From Candidatus Bathyarchaeia archaeon (GTDB lineage: Archaea > Thermoproteota > Bathyarchaeia > Bathyarchaeales > Bathycorpusculaceae): 16,971 nt of DNA. Shown here one piece after another: positions 7,958 through 15,457 of this stretch. Under the pieces are notes generated by a model that was not told the origin of the DNA, ran no database searches, and saw only the letters and a program-made list of their open reading frames with translations. Where the stretch lies: positions 1 to 16,971 of the forward strand of contig JBEKBM010000039.1 in the NCBI GenBank assembly GCA_050015395.1. The letters run 5' to 3'. Each line of letters opens with the position of its first letter. Position 1 is the stretch's first letter. The position numbers and the translations under genes were made by a program.

Positions 7958-8479
7958 TTAATCGCCCAGTAGACGGGTTATTTCTTCATGGAGCTTTCTA
8001 ACTCTTTCTGCAGCATCCCTGTGCTCAACTTGAAGCCGCTCAATCTCCAAGTCAATCGGGACTCTTTTTGACTGGTCAATCAGCTTGTCAGCGTATGAAA
8101 CAATTTTCTCCTCCAAAGTTACGGGTTCATAAATATCTTTTGGCCAACCAAACTGCTCGGCTTCTTGAGATGTGATTCCGCCTCCCACATGCCTCTTAAT
8201 TATCCTAACCGCAGCTTCTGGTAAACCTTCTAATTCAGCCATCTTAGCACCGACAACCCCGTGGTCAACAGCGTGGCTTTTTGAACGTCCAATGTCATGC
8301 AAAAGAGCGCCTGCTTCAACGAGTTTTAAGTCAACTTTTATGCCTTTCTTTTCAAGTTTACTTGCTATTTCTAAAGCAAGTTTTGCGACCTCTTCACAGT
8401 GATTAATGACTTTAGGTAGACAATTGTATTTGCGTAGAAGCTCGATTGCTTGCTCCCTTGAAGGAAGCTCTTCACTCAC
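7958..8479 (-). CDS. HDIG-domain metal-dependent phosphohydrolase (TIGR00295-like)
   Basis: Motifs HC..VA, GALLHDIGR, HGVVGA, RHVGGGIT and EEKIVSYADKL. GTG start overlaps the tfe stop. Confidence 0.92.
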   Translation of the reverse strand: MSEELPSREQAIELLRKYNCLPKVINHCEEVAKLALEIASKLEKKGIKVDLKLVEAGALLHDIGRSKSHAVDHGVVGAKMAELEGLPEAAVRIIKRHVGGGITSQEAEQFGWPKDIYEPVTLEEKIVSYADKLIDQSKRVPIDLEIERLQVEHRDAAERVRKLHEEITRLLGD

Positions 8480-8984
8480 CGAGTTCCTTCCTTAACAAAT
8501 CAACTTTCTCAGATAGCTTACTTATCATTTTTCCGTTTGCAAAATGCACCAGTGGTTTGCTACAGGTGGAACAGTGGAAAACTAGTTCAACAGCCTCTTC
8601 AAAAGGCACCCGTTTGCATTCTGGGCTACCGCAATAATAGAAGTCATGGTTCTTTTCATATTCCAACCTAACATTTAACTTCTCAAGAACTCTGCGTTTT
8701 TGGCTTAAAATAAACCCTTCCAACTGGTCTGGTTGAAGTCTCCAGTGAAAAATAAACCATCCTGTTTTCGGATCCCTTGTCCTTCTGAGGCTTACAAGCG
8801 AATGATCGTAAAGTTTGTAGAGGATTTTGCGGACTGTATTTAGGCGGATGCCTGTTTTGTTCGCGATTTCGTCGTCCGTTATTTCTTCCACGCCTTTAAG
8901 GAAATCAATTAGTCTAACGGCTTCTTCGTCACCTAACGCCATAGCTACTTTGATTAAAGTTGCATCATCAATAGTCGATAACAT
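8472..8984 (-). CDS. tfe: Transcription factor E (TFIIE alpha homolog)
   Basis: Winged helix (TDDEIANKTGIRLNTVRKILYKLYD, TGWFIFHW) plus a Zn ribbon (YYC..PEC, FEEAVELVFHCSTCSKPL). Confidence 0.95.
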   Translation of the reverse strand: MLSTIDDATLIKVAMALGDEEAVRLIDFLKGVEEITDDEIANKTGIRLNTVRKILYKLYDHSLVSLRRTRDPKTGWFIFHWRLQPDQLEGFILSQKRRVLEKLNVRLEYEKNHDFYYCGSPECKRVPFEEAVELVFHCSTCSKPLVHFANGKMISKLSEKVDLLRKELGE

Positions 8985-9124
8985 AGTCTAATGTTCCTTT
9001 AATGCTTAATATTGAAACTTGCTGTAATAAAACTCTTCTTACTTTTTTAAGTAAAATTCTCCGTTAAGTTTTGGTTTTGTTTTGCGTTGGCTGTTTTTGG
9101 GTTTGGTTTTTTTCGGATATTTTT

Positions 9125-9161
9125 AAGTTGCGACTTTTGCGTGGTGGAAAGTTGCGACTTT
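9125..9161. repeat. Two 13-bp direct repeats AAGTTGCGACTTT, each a near-palindrome
   Basis: Copies at 9125-9137 and 9149-9161; partial third copy TGCGACTTT at 9285-9293. Confidence 0.7.
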
Positions 9162-9659
9162 CAGAGGGGCTTTTTGTGGCAAAATTTTTGCACAAATAGT
9201 AGGGTAGGTCTATAGGTCAGCAGTTTTTGGAGGGGATTGCTTTGGGTTGCTTTTTTGGTTTGGGGCTTGAATCATGTTTTTGGCTGCGACTTTTTCTTTG
9301 GGCGGGGCGGCGGCGCCTTCAAGGGGGCTGAGCCTGAATTTTAGCTCCCTATAAGTCTTCGATTGACTCGACTTCAAATGTTTGTCCGATAGCGTGATTT
9401 CAATTGTTAAGCCAGCCGTTGAAACTTAGTTATCTTCTTTTTTCTTAGGTATCCTTTGGTTCAAGAACCTTGGTGCTTTGAACCGGGTTAAACGTGAATG
9501 TAAACCTCTCCTGCGCACTTTGCCCTTCTTCAACGTGGGGCGTGGTTGTGGCTACTCTTACCTTTAGGTCTGTTAACTGTTGCGAAGAGGTGCCGCCGTG
9601 GTTTCTTTCGTTTTGGATAATAAAATCCTTATAAGACAAAAAGGACTATTCTAACGATT

Positions 9660-9938
9660 ATGTGTGAGAAAATTCCTTTTCCAATTCTAATAAGAAAAGA
9701 GGGAAAATGGTTCGTTGCTTCCTGTCCCACTTTGGACATTGCTACGCAGGGAAAAACAGAAAAAGAAGTAAAAGAGAACATGGCTGAGCTCATAGACGAA
9801 TACCTAAGTGACCCAGATACTGCAAAGCCTTCTTTGGATGATTTAATGTCTTTTTCTCTAACGAATATTCCGGTTAAGGTTCCTGAGAGTGTTTTGCATG
9901 GCAAAGCTCCGACCATTGCCTCAGCGAAAAGTAATTGA
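9660..9938 (+). CDS. hicB: HicB-family antitoxin (short form, no obvious DNA-binding domain)
   Basis: RKEGKWFVASCPTLDIATQGKTEKEVKENMAELIDEYL matches the HicB partial RNase H fold. TATA-like CTTATAA ~26 nt upstream suggests a leaderless transcript. Confidence 0.88.
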   Translation: MCEKIPFPILIRKEGKWFVASCPTLDIATQGKTEKEVKENMAELIDEYLSDPDTAKPSLDDLMSFSLTNIPVKVPESVLHGKAPTIASAKSN

Positions 9939-10113
9939 AATTCTAAGGTCTAATGGCTTCCAAGAAGTAAGATCCAGTAAGCACACTACGTTCAAGAAAA
10001 AGGTGGATCAGCGTATCTTAACAACATGGGTGCCACATCACAAAGAAGTCACTGTTTTTGTGATCCAATACATTATCAAACAAACGGAAAAGCCCCGCTC
10101 CGAATTTGAGTAA
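9898..10113 (+). CDS. hicA: HicA-family toxin (dsRBD-fold RNase)
   Basis: MAKLRPLPQRKVIEILRSNGFQEVRSSKHTTFKK...VPHHKEV...IIKQ fits HicA size and pattern with the catalytic His. ATG 9898 overlaps hicB. Confidence 0.85.
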   Translation: MAKLRPLPQRKVIEILRSNGFQEVRSSKHTTFKKKVDQRILTTWVPHHKEVTVFVIQYIIKQTEKPRSEFE

Positions 10114-10170
10114 ATCTTTTTCACGGGATTGGTCTACTCTTAGGATTCCCATGCCATAAAGCAGTCTATC

Positions 10171-10407
10171 TCATCGTTTCCAAGCCTTCTCCCGTGAGAA
10201 AGCCTTATCGCGTGCTTCTGGGTTACCAGTTTTGCAGGGCTCTCTTAGAGAACGAATTGCCAAATCGTCTTCTTTAGTCAGTGGAATCAGCTCGATAAAG
10301 TCTTCTCGGGCCACCAACTCCAGTTTACCTCCCTCTGAAAGACCATATTTCTCCCTGATTTCTTTCGGAATGACTATACGCCCTTGCTTGTCAATGGCAA
10401 CTTCCAA
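10171..10407 (-). CDS. AbrB/MazE/SpoVT-family DNA-binding protein (VapB-like antitoxin)
   Basis: IDKQGRIVIPKEIREKYGLSEGGKLEL is the swapped-hairpin signature. TTG 10407 follows SD-like GTGGTG, giving 78 aa. Confidence 0.85.
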   Translation of the reverse strand: MEVAIDKQGRIVIPKEIREKYGLSEGGKLELVAREDFIELIPLTKEDDLAIRSLREPCKTGNPEARDKAFSREKAWKR

Positions 10408-10693
10408 ATGGAAACACCACATGCCATTACCACTACTACCCATAAAATCCCTTCGCTTGACCAAACCTAAAATGTTCGTTGAAAAAGTGATTTCAGTCGT
10501 TAAGCAGAATTAGTGAAATCTCAAATCCACGATCGTCACTTTTCTAAAAGATGCTCAGTTCGAGGCATATAGGTGCAGGAAACAAGAGCTTATTAACTAA
10601 AAGTCTGATTTTATTAACATTTAACTTTTGAGCCTTTTGAGATTTTAGTCAAAGTCTTATTAATTAAGTGACATAACTGAATCAGCGACACCA

Positions 10694-12013
10694 ATGAAAA
10701 TCAACGGAAGGGGATTGTGGTGGCTACCAGAGCAAACATGCAAGAAAATCTCTGGACACTTTGTTTACAAAGACACCAATGAAGCCGAGCTTGTTTTAAG
10801 TGGAACCTTTGATGAGAAAGCAGAATTTCATGCAATAATTTTAGGAGAAATCGAAGGTTGCAAATTTACATTGGTGAATTGTGCTCGTACCTTGCTGGAA
10901 AAGGCTCGGTCGCAAGGAATTGAAACAATAACTATGAAGTTTAAGGTTGTTTTAATTTTTAAGGGCTATCACTACCTAAAAAAAGAGGACTTAAGATTTT
11001 CTAAAGTATCTGTTGGATATTCGCATTTAAGAAATTGGCTAGGAGCAGTAATTTCTGGAAATAAAAAATATGATCCTTACTTGAAACAATCAACCGAAAA
11101 ATCCTTTACTGTAAATATTCTTAACGAATTTTCGATAGAAATAAACGGATTTCTTGAAAGGGGCACTAATTTTTACTATAACTATTATAATAAGCAAGCA
11201 AAGGTCATTTTTCGTATCAATAATTTGGATTTCATTAGCCTAATAAAAACGATAACTGTTTTTGGCAATTTTTTGGGTATTTGCATTGACGAAAAAATCA
11301 AGATTTACTCTATCCAAGCGCAGGAAGCTTATGGAATAGTAGATATAATTTACCCTCGCCTTCTTAAGCCAAATAGCAAAAATGAACATGAGTTTTCGAT
11401 ACCGTCTCCTATAGAATTCAACCTTTTTCTCAAGAATGCTAAATTATATTTAGATAATTGGTACAGTTTTACGAGAAATCATGAGCCAACTTACGAGCTT
11501 TTTTTCAGCGATGAGCAATCCTTCATTACCAGTCGATTTCTTAGCTATTGCCAAGCAATAGAGGCTTATCACTCCCGAAAGTATCAGAGCAACTATTTTC
11601 CAGACAGCCTTAGACAAATTCTTGATGAGTTTACAAATTTTAAAGAAACAATTAAGCTTATGTTTCCCAATCAAATTAGCTCGGCCATTCTAGAAAAATT
11701 CAGGTACATAAATAGAAAATCGTTGAGAATGGTTTTCAAAGACTTGTTAAAAGGGAATGATGCATTAAATCCTATTTTCATCAATGGCACCGACGCTTTT
11801 ATCAACTTTTGCGTTAACACAAGAAATTACTATACACATTATGACCCATCGTCCACCCAGCCAGACATTGAAAAAGTTGTGCATTTGACGGACGATTGTC
11901 GTATAGTTTTGTTATGTGTGTTTCTAAAGGAACTTGGAATGGCTGAACAAAACATGAAATCAGCGGTTTACCGTTACTGCCGAAAAAGAGTACGTGGTAT
12001 CTGGGTTCTCTAA
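10694..12013 (+). CDS. ApeA-like protein (ApeA N-terminal domain + HEPN RNase)
   Basis: N-terminal GLWWLP..ISG, ILGE, FTLVNC and SVGYSHLRNWLG; C-terminal FLSYCQAIEAYH, KSLR and an intact HEPN Rx4H motif (RNYYTH). Visibly AT-rich. TATA-like TTATTAAT at 10657-10664. Confidence 0.85.
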   Translation: MKINGRGLWWLPEQTCKKISGHFVYKDTNEAELVLSGTFDEKAEFHAIILGEIEGCKFTLVNCARTLLEKARSQGIETITMKFKVVLIFKGYHYLKKEDLRFSKVSVGYSHLRNWLGAVISGNKKYDPYLKQSTEKSFTVNILNEFSIEINGFLERGTNFYYNYYNKQAKVIFRINNLDFISLIKTITVFGNFLGICIDEKIKIYSIQAQEAYGIVDIIYPRLLKPNSKNEHEFSIPSPIEFNLFLKNAKLYLDNWYSFTRNHEPTYELFFSDEQSFITSRFLSYCQAIEAYHSRKYQSNYFPDSLRQILDEFTNFKETIKLMFPNQISSAILEKFRYINRKSLRMVFKDLLKGNDALNPIFINGTDAFINFCVNTRNYYTHYDPSSTQPDIEKVVHLTDDCRIVLLCVFLKELGMAEQNMKSAVYRYCRKRVRGIWVL

Positions 12014-12135
12014 CAAGAACAAGCGGTAACTTTGTCCTCCCCCCCCTTATCTGTTGTGACTGTGCAATCGTATCTGATTTTTGTTTTTGACTTTAATGCG
12101 CTGTTCGTTTTGCTTGTTTCTTATAGTGAGTGTAT

Positions 12136-12182
12136 GCCTCCTAAGTTGGGGGTCGAGGGTTCAAATCCCTCCCCGCCCGCCA
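12136..12182 (+). pseudogene. tRNA-Arg(CCT) 3' half (att-like fragment)
   Basis: Anticodon loop CT-CCT-AA (12138-12144), stem GTTGG, variable GGGTC, T-arm GAGGG-TTCAAAT-CCCTC, acceptor strand CCCGCCC, discriminator G, CCA. No D-arm or 5' acceptor strand immediately upstream. Confidence 0.88.
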
Positions 12183-12295
12183 CGGGTAATCCCCGCCCCT
12201 TTTCAGCAGGTGTTTGCGCTATAAAATTTTAAAAAATATTTTGGCTAAGATTTTATACAATGTACACTGCGAGAGCTGGCCAAAAACAAATATGA

Positions 12296-15280
12296 TTATT
12301 CTTCATTTTGTCCTTTTTTCATGAGTGCCGCGAGCGTCATAATAGTCTCCACCATTGTTGCATAGGCTTTATCAAGGATTTCACTTTGATTGCCATTAAT
12401 ACCGAGTACATTTAAGATAGCAAGGTCAATTGCTTTTCTAACAAAATTCTTGGTTTTTAGTTGCTCAATGATTGAAGGGAGAGGCATACTGGCATATTTA
12501 TCAAAAACTGTGACTAATTGATCTTTTTGAGTCTCTGATAGAGTTACTGGATCAAGGACAAGAAACTCGTTAAGAATGTACTGGTCAATTCCCATGAAGG
12601 CGCCTTCAGTTTCTGCTCGCTTAGACAAAATCTGCGAGAGATTAATTGTAGAATTGAACCACAGTGCAAGAATTTTCGAATCGTCATTTTTTAGCCCTTG
12701 AATTGCCCAAAACATCTTGCATGGCGAAAAACTTAACTCACTATAAAACGCCATTGCCCGGGTATTTTGAGCAGAAAGGTTAAACCGCCTTGATATTACA
12801 AAGTTTGTTCTTCTGCTTTGCAAGTAATTGCGCCATTTTTTGACATAAGATGAAATATTATTACCTTTCTCAACTAAGCTCTTTAAGAAAAACGATTCAT
12901 CACCGGAAAAACGGGAAATAATTGCCCAATCTATTTCTGGCGTGACATCAATTGACTGAAGTCCAGAAGGCCTCCTCAGAGCGGGAATTATGCTCTTTTT
13001 CGGAACCACTATTTCAACGTCTACTAACCTATCCTTAACTAAGATGGAATTTTCGTTGATTTCTTTTAGAATCCATCTATCATCTTTTTTCAGTGCGTGC
13101 CGTTCCGAAGATAGAATAAATGCAGAAGAGACTGAAACTGGTTTACCCGTGCAATGCTCTATTCCTCGGCAAATCTTGCCTTTTTTAAGCGTGAGAACTT
13201 TTTTGAGAGTATTAAGTTTGCTGGGTGCTTGTTGTAAACAAATATCAAGCAATGAGTTCTCTTCTGCAGCAGTAATTGTGCCAAACCAGTTCTCTGTGTT
13301 TTTTCTAAGTTCAGCTTGACTCACGAATGTCGTTGATAAGTCCGAATCATTTAACAGCTGATTAGTTGATTTAGAAGAAATAACCTCATCTGCGAGAAAA
13401 TCCGCGTCAGACGCGTCTACTGGTATCCTTTTCAGATTTACAAAAAGGCATTTTGAGGAGTCGTCCATTTTTTTCGTTTTCGTCGCGACCAGTAGCATCT
13501 CCCTAAAGCGTGCCGCCTCCGAAAAAGCTGATCTTTGTTCAGTTGTTACAATATACTCGATAAGGTAGTTTTCCGCCAAAAACTTCCTAATGCCTTCCAA
13601 GCTTTTTAGACGGAGAATTGTTGCTGGAAGGACAAACGCTAACTTACCTCCATCTTTTAGAAAAAGATCTGCCAAGAGAATGAAATATCCATGGAATCCC
13701 ATTTGTCCAGTCAAAATATCTGAATATTGGCTAAATCTATCTGATAGTTTGCTTTTATATTCCTCTGGAAGTCTTTCTTGGCGCGTGAAAGGAGGATTCA
13801 TTATGACAACATCAACTGCCTCTAAAGGAATAGCATCTCCTCCCACACCTTCGGAGGTCACGGCCCCTTTTTTAAGATAGGCACTTTCTTTGAACTGAGT
13901 GTGGGCGCTCTCATTGGCAAAAAAGTCTATTTTAGGATTGGCATATGCCTTACTTAGCTCCCGAGACAATGCAGGAATAATTTTTCCCGGGCGAACTGTC
14001 GGTTCTGTAGAGTCCCAAACTGCCAACCTAACTCTTTGAGTATCATAAAGAGGTGCTTGCAATGACAAGTGAACAGCTGCTAAATGTGCAGCAAATGGCA
14101 TAATATCAATACCTGTAAGATCTTTTTCAATGAAGCGAATGTGATCCTGTGTAGTGAATTTTCCATGCTGCATTTCAAACAATTTCTTTTTTCTATGGTA
14201 GGAGGCAACAAGTAAAGTTCCTGATCCACAAGCGAAATCTGCAACCTTATTGTCTGGGCTAGTGATAGCAAGTTTCGCAAGAAAATCTGCAGCCTCATTG
14301 TTAGTATAGAATGCGGCCACCGCTTTTCTTATTTCAAAAGGAATTAAATCGTGAAATATTTTGCCGAGAAGTTCTTGCTGAATTTTCTCAGGTTTTAGAG
14401 CCATTATGATGTTAATGGTTTCCCTGACTGGATCCAAAGCTTCTTGCGGCAATCTGGTAGCAATCTTGAATCCGAAAGTCGGACGGTAATCAATGGTGAG
14501 AACTTTGTCAAAGTAAGCCTGCAAGTCACTTAGCGATTGTATTTTATCTTCATCTAACTCATCAAAATCTTTCGGCCTAGCTTTGGAAAGAAGATGATAA
14601 AACAGTATCTGATTAACAAGCAGGTAAGCGGCACCTTTCCTAAGCTCTTTTAATGGGTAGTTCTTCTCTTCGAATTGAAGGATATTTTCAAAGACTGATT
14701 TGCCTCCAAAGATTTCATCTATGCCCTGCTCGTTCACACCCACTAATGTTGCGGAAACATAATCCACCGCTTTTTGAATTATTGAGATGACCTGCGATGT
14801 TTTGGTTTCAATAACCGGTCTTTCCTGCAAAACATGGTCGGAAATCCACTTAGTGACTTCATTAAGGCTTCCACTGAAGAAATCTTCCTTACGATCATCG
14901 TTAAAAATTCCAATTCCTTGAAAACGAGCAGCTTTCGCTTGCCTAAGAAGAGCAGGTCTCGGCATGGAACGTTTAAGTCTGTTCGGAAACATGACAACAA
15001 ATACGCCTTTTCCACCAAGCCGTTGATATCTGGCAGCTTGAACCAGACCTTTTGTTTCATTTCCTTCCCATTCAGCTTCGATAAAATAGTTTTGTTTTTC
15101 ACCGATTGTCACATCAGGTTGCTTCCGACCAGACAATTGAGGATAGCTCATTTGTGTAAGTACTTTGATCTTTCTTCCTAACTCTTCGATAAACAAATCC
15201 AAGATTGTGCTCTCAGTGGCATGACCAGTCGTTTTAAACACACCAAATCCGAAGTCATCCAAAATCCTTTCCGATGGCAT
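12296..15280 (-). CDS. Fused restriction endonuclease / N6-adenine DNA methyltransferase (type IIG-like)
   Basis: N-terminal QPDV..FIEAE nuclease-like motif, motif I DFACGSGTLL, GIDI, motif IV VVIMNPPF, LAFVLP, long C-terminal target-recognition region; 994 aa. Confidence 0.88.
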   Translation of the reverse strand: MPSERILDDFGFGVFKTTGHATESTILDLFIEELGRKIKVLTQMSYPQLSGRKQPDVTIGEKQNYFIEAEWEGNETKGLVQAARYQRLGGKGVFVVMFPNRLKRSMPRPALLRQAKAARFQGIGIFNDDRKEDFFSGSLNEVTKWISDHVLQERPVIETKTSQVISIIQKAVDYVSATLVGVNEQGIDEIFGGKSVFENILQFEEKNYPLKELRKGAAYLLVNQILFYHLLSKARPKDFDELDEDKIQSLSDLQAYFDKVLTIDYRPTFGFKIATRLPQEALDPVRETINIIMALKPEKIQQELLGKIFHDLIPFEIRKAVAAFYTNNEAADFLAKLAITSPDNKVADFACGSGTLLVASYHRKKKLFEMQHGKFTTQDHIRFIEKDLTGIDIMPFAAHLAAVHLSLQAPLYDTQRVRLAVWDSTEPTVRPGKIIPALSRELSKAYANPKIDFFANESAHTQFKESAYLKKGAVTSEGVGGDAIPLEAVDVVIMNPPFTRQERLPEEYKSKLSDRFSQYSDILTGQMGFHGYFILLADLFLKDGGKLAFVLPATILRLKSLEGIRKFLAENYLIEYIVTTEQRSAFSEAARFREMLLVATKTKKMDDSSKCLFVNLKRIPVDASDADFLADEVISSKSTNQLLNDSDLSTTFVSQAELRKNTENWFGTITAAEENSLLDICLQQAPSKLNTLKKVLTLKKGKICRGIEHCTGKPVSVSSAFILSSERHALKKDDRWILKEINENSILVKDRLVDVEIVVPKKSIIPALRRPSGLQSIDVTPEIDWAIISRFSGDESFFLKSLVEKGNNISSYVKKWRNYLQSRRTNFVISRRFNLSAQNTRAMAFYSELSFSPCKMFWAIQGLKNDDSKILALWFNSTINLSQILSKRAETEGAFMGIDQYILNEFLVLDPVTLSETQKDQLVTVFDKYASMPLPSIIEQLKTKNFVRKAIDLAILNVLGINGNQSEILDKAYATMVETIMTLAALMKKGQNEE

Positions 15281-15299
15281 GATGACACATACTTATCAA

Positions 15300-15316
15300 T
15301 AACTATATAATAGTTA
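15300..15316 (-). promoter_or_regulatory. TATA box of the RM gene embedded in a perfect inverted repeat
   Basis: TAACTAT-ATA-ATAGTTA (7-3-7 palindrome). Minus-strand TTATATA lies ~25 nt before ATG 15280. Confidence 0.55.
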
Positions 15317-15432
15317 GCAAGTTTTTGGAATACAAAATCTCTAAAGAATTTTTAAATAATATTAGTTCTCATATTGATTTCCAACGCCTAAAAAAAAGAA
15401 AGGTTATACGGGTGAAATCTCCCGCAAGGCAT

Positions 15433-15457
15433 GGGTTCAAATCCCTCCCCGCCCGCC
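15433..15457 (+). repeat. Second copy of the tRNA-Arg 3' end (25-bp direct repeat)
   Basis: GGGTTCAAATCCCTCCCCGCCCGCC is identical to 12157-12181 and in the same orientation. Confidence 0.92.

Noticed and set aside
9445-9639. 64-aa minus ORF
   Set aside because: No recognisable motif, TTG start overlapping the hicB promoter; possibly a decayed remnant but unsupported.
12090-12182. Intact, intron-containing or canonical split tRNA-Arg gene
   Set aside because: No 5' acceptor strand or D-arm nearby and no evident bulge-helix-bulge leader. The fragment extends 5' of the usual 37/38 split.
12032-12232. 66-aa ORF
   Set aside because: Reads through a T-rich tract and the tRNA fragment (GVEGSNPSPP is a tRNA translation artefact).
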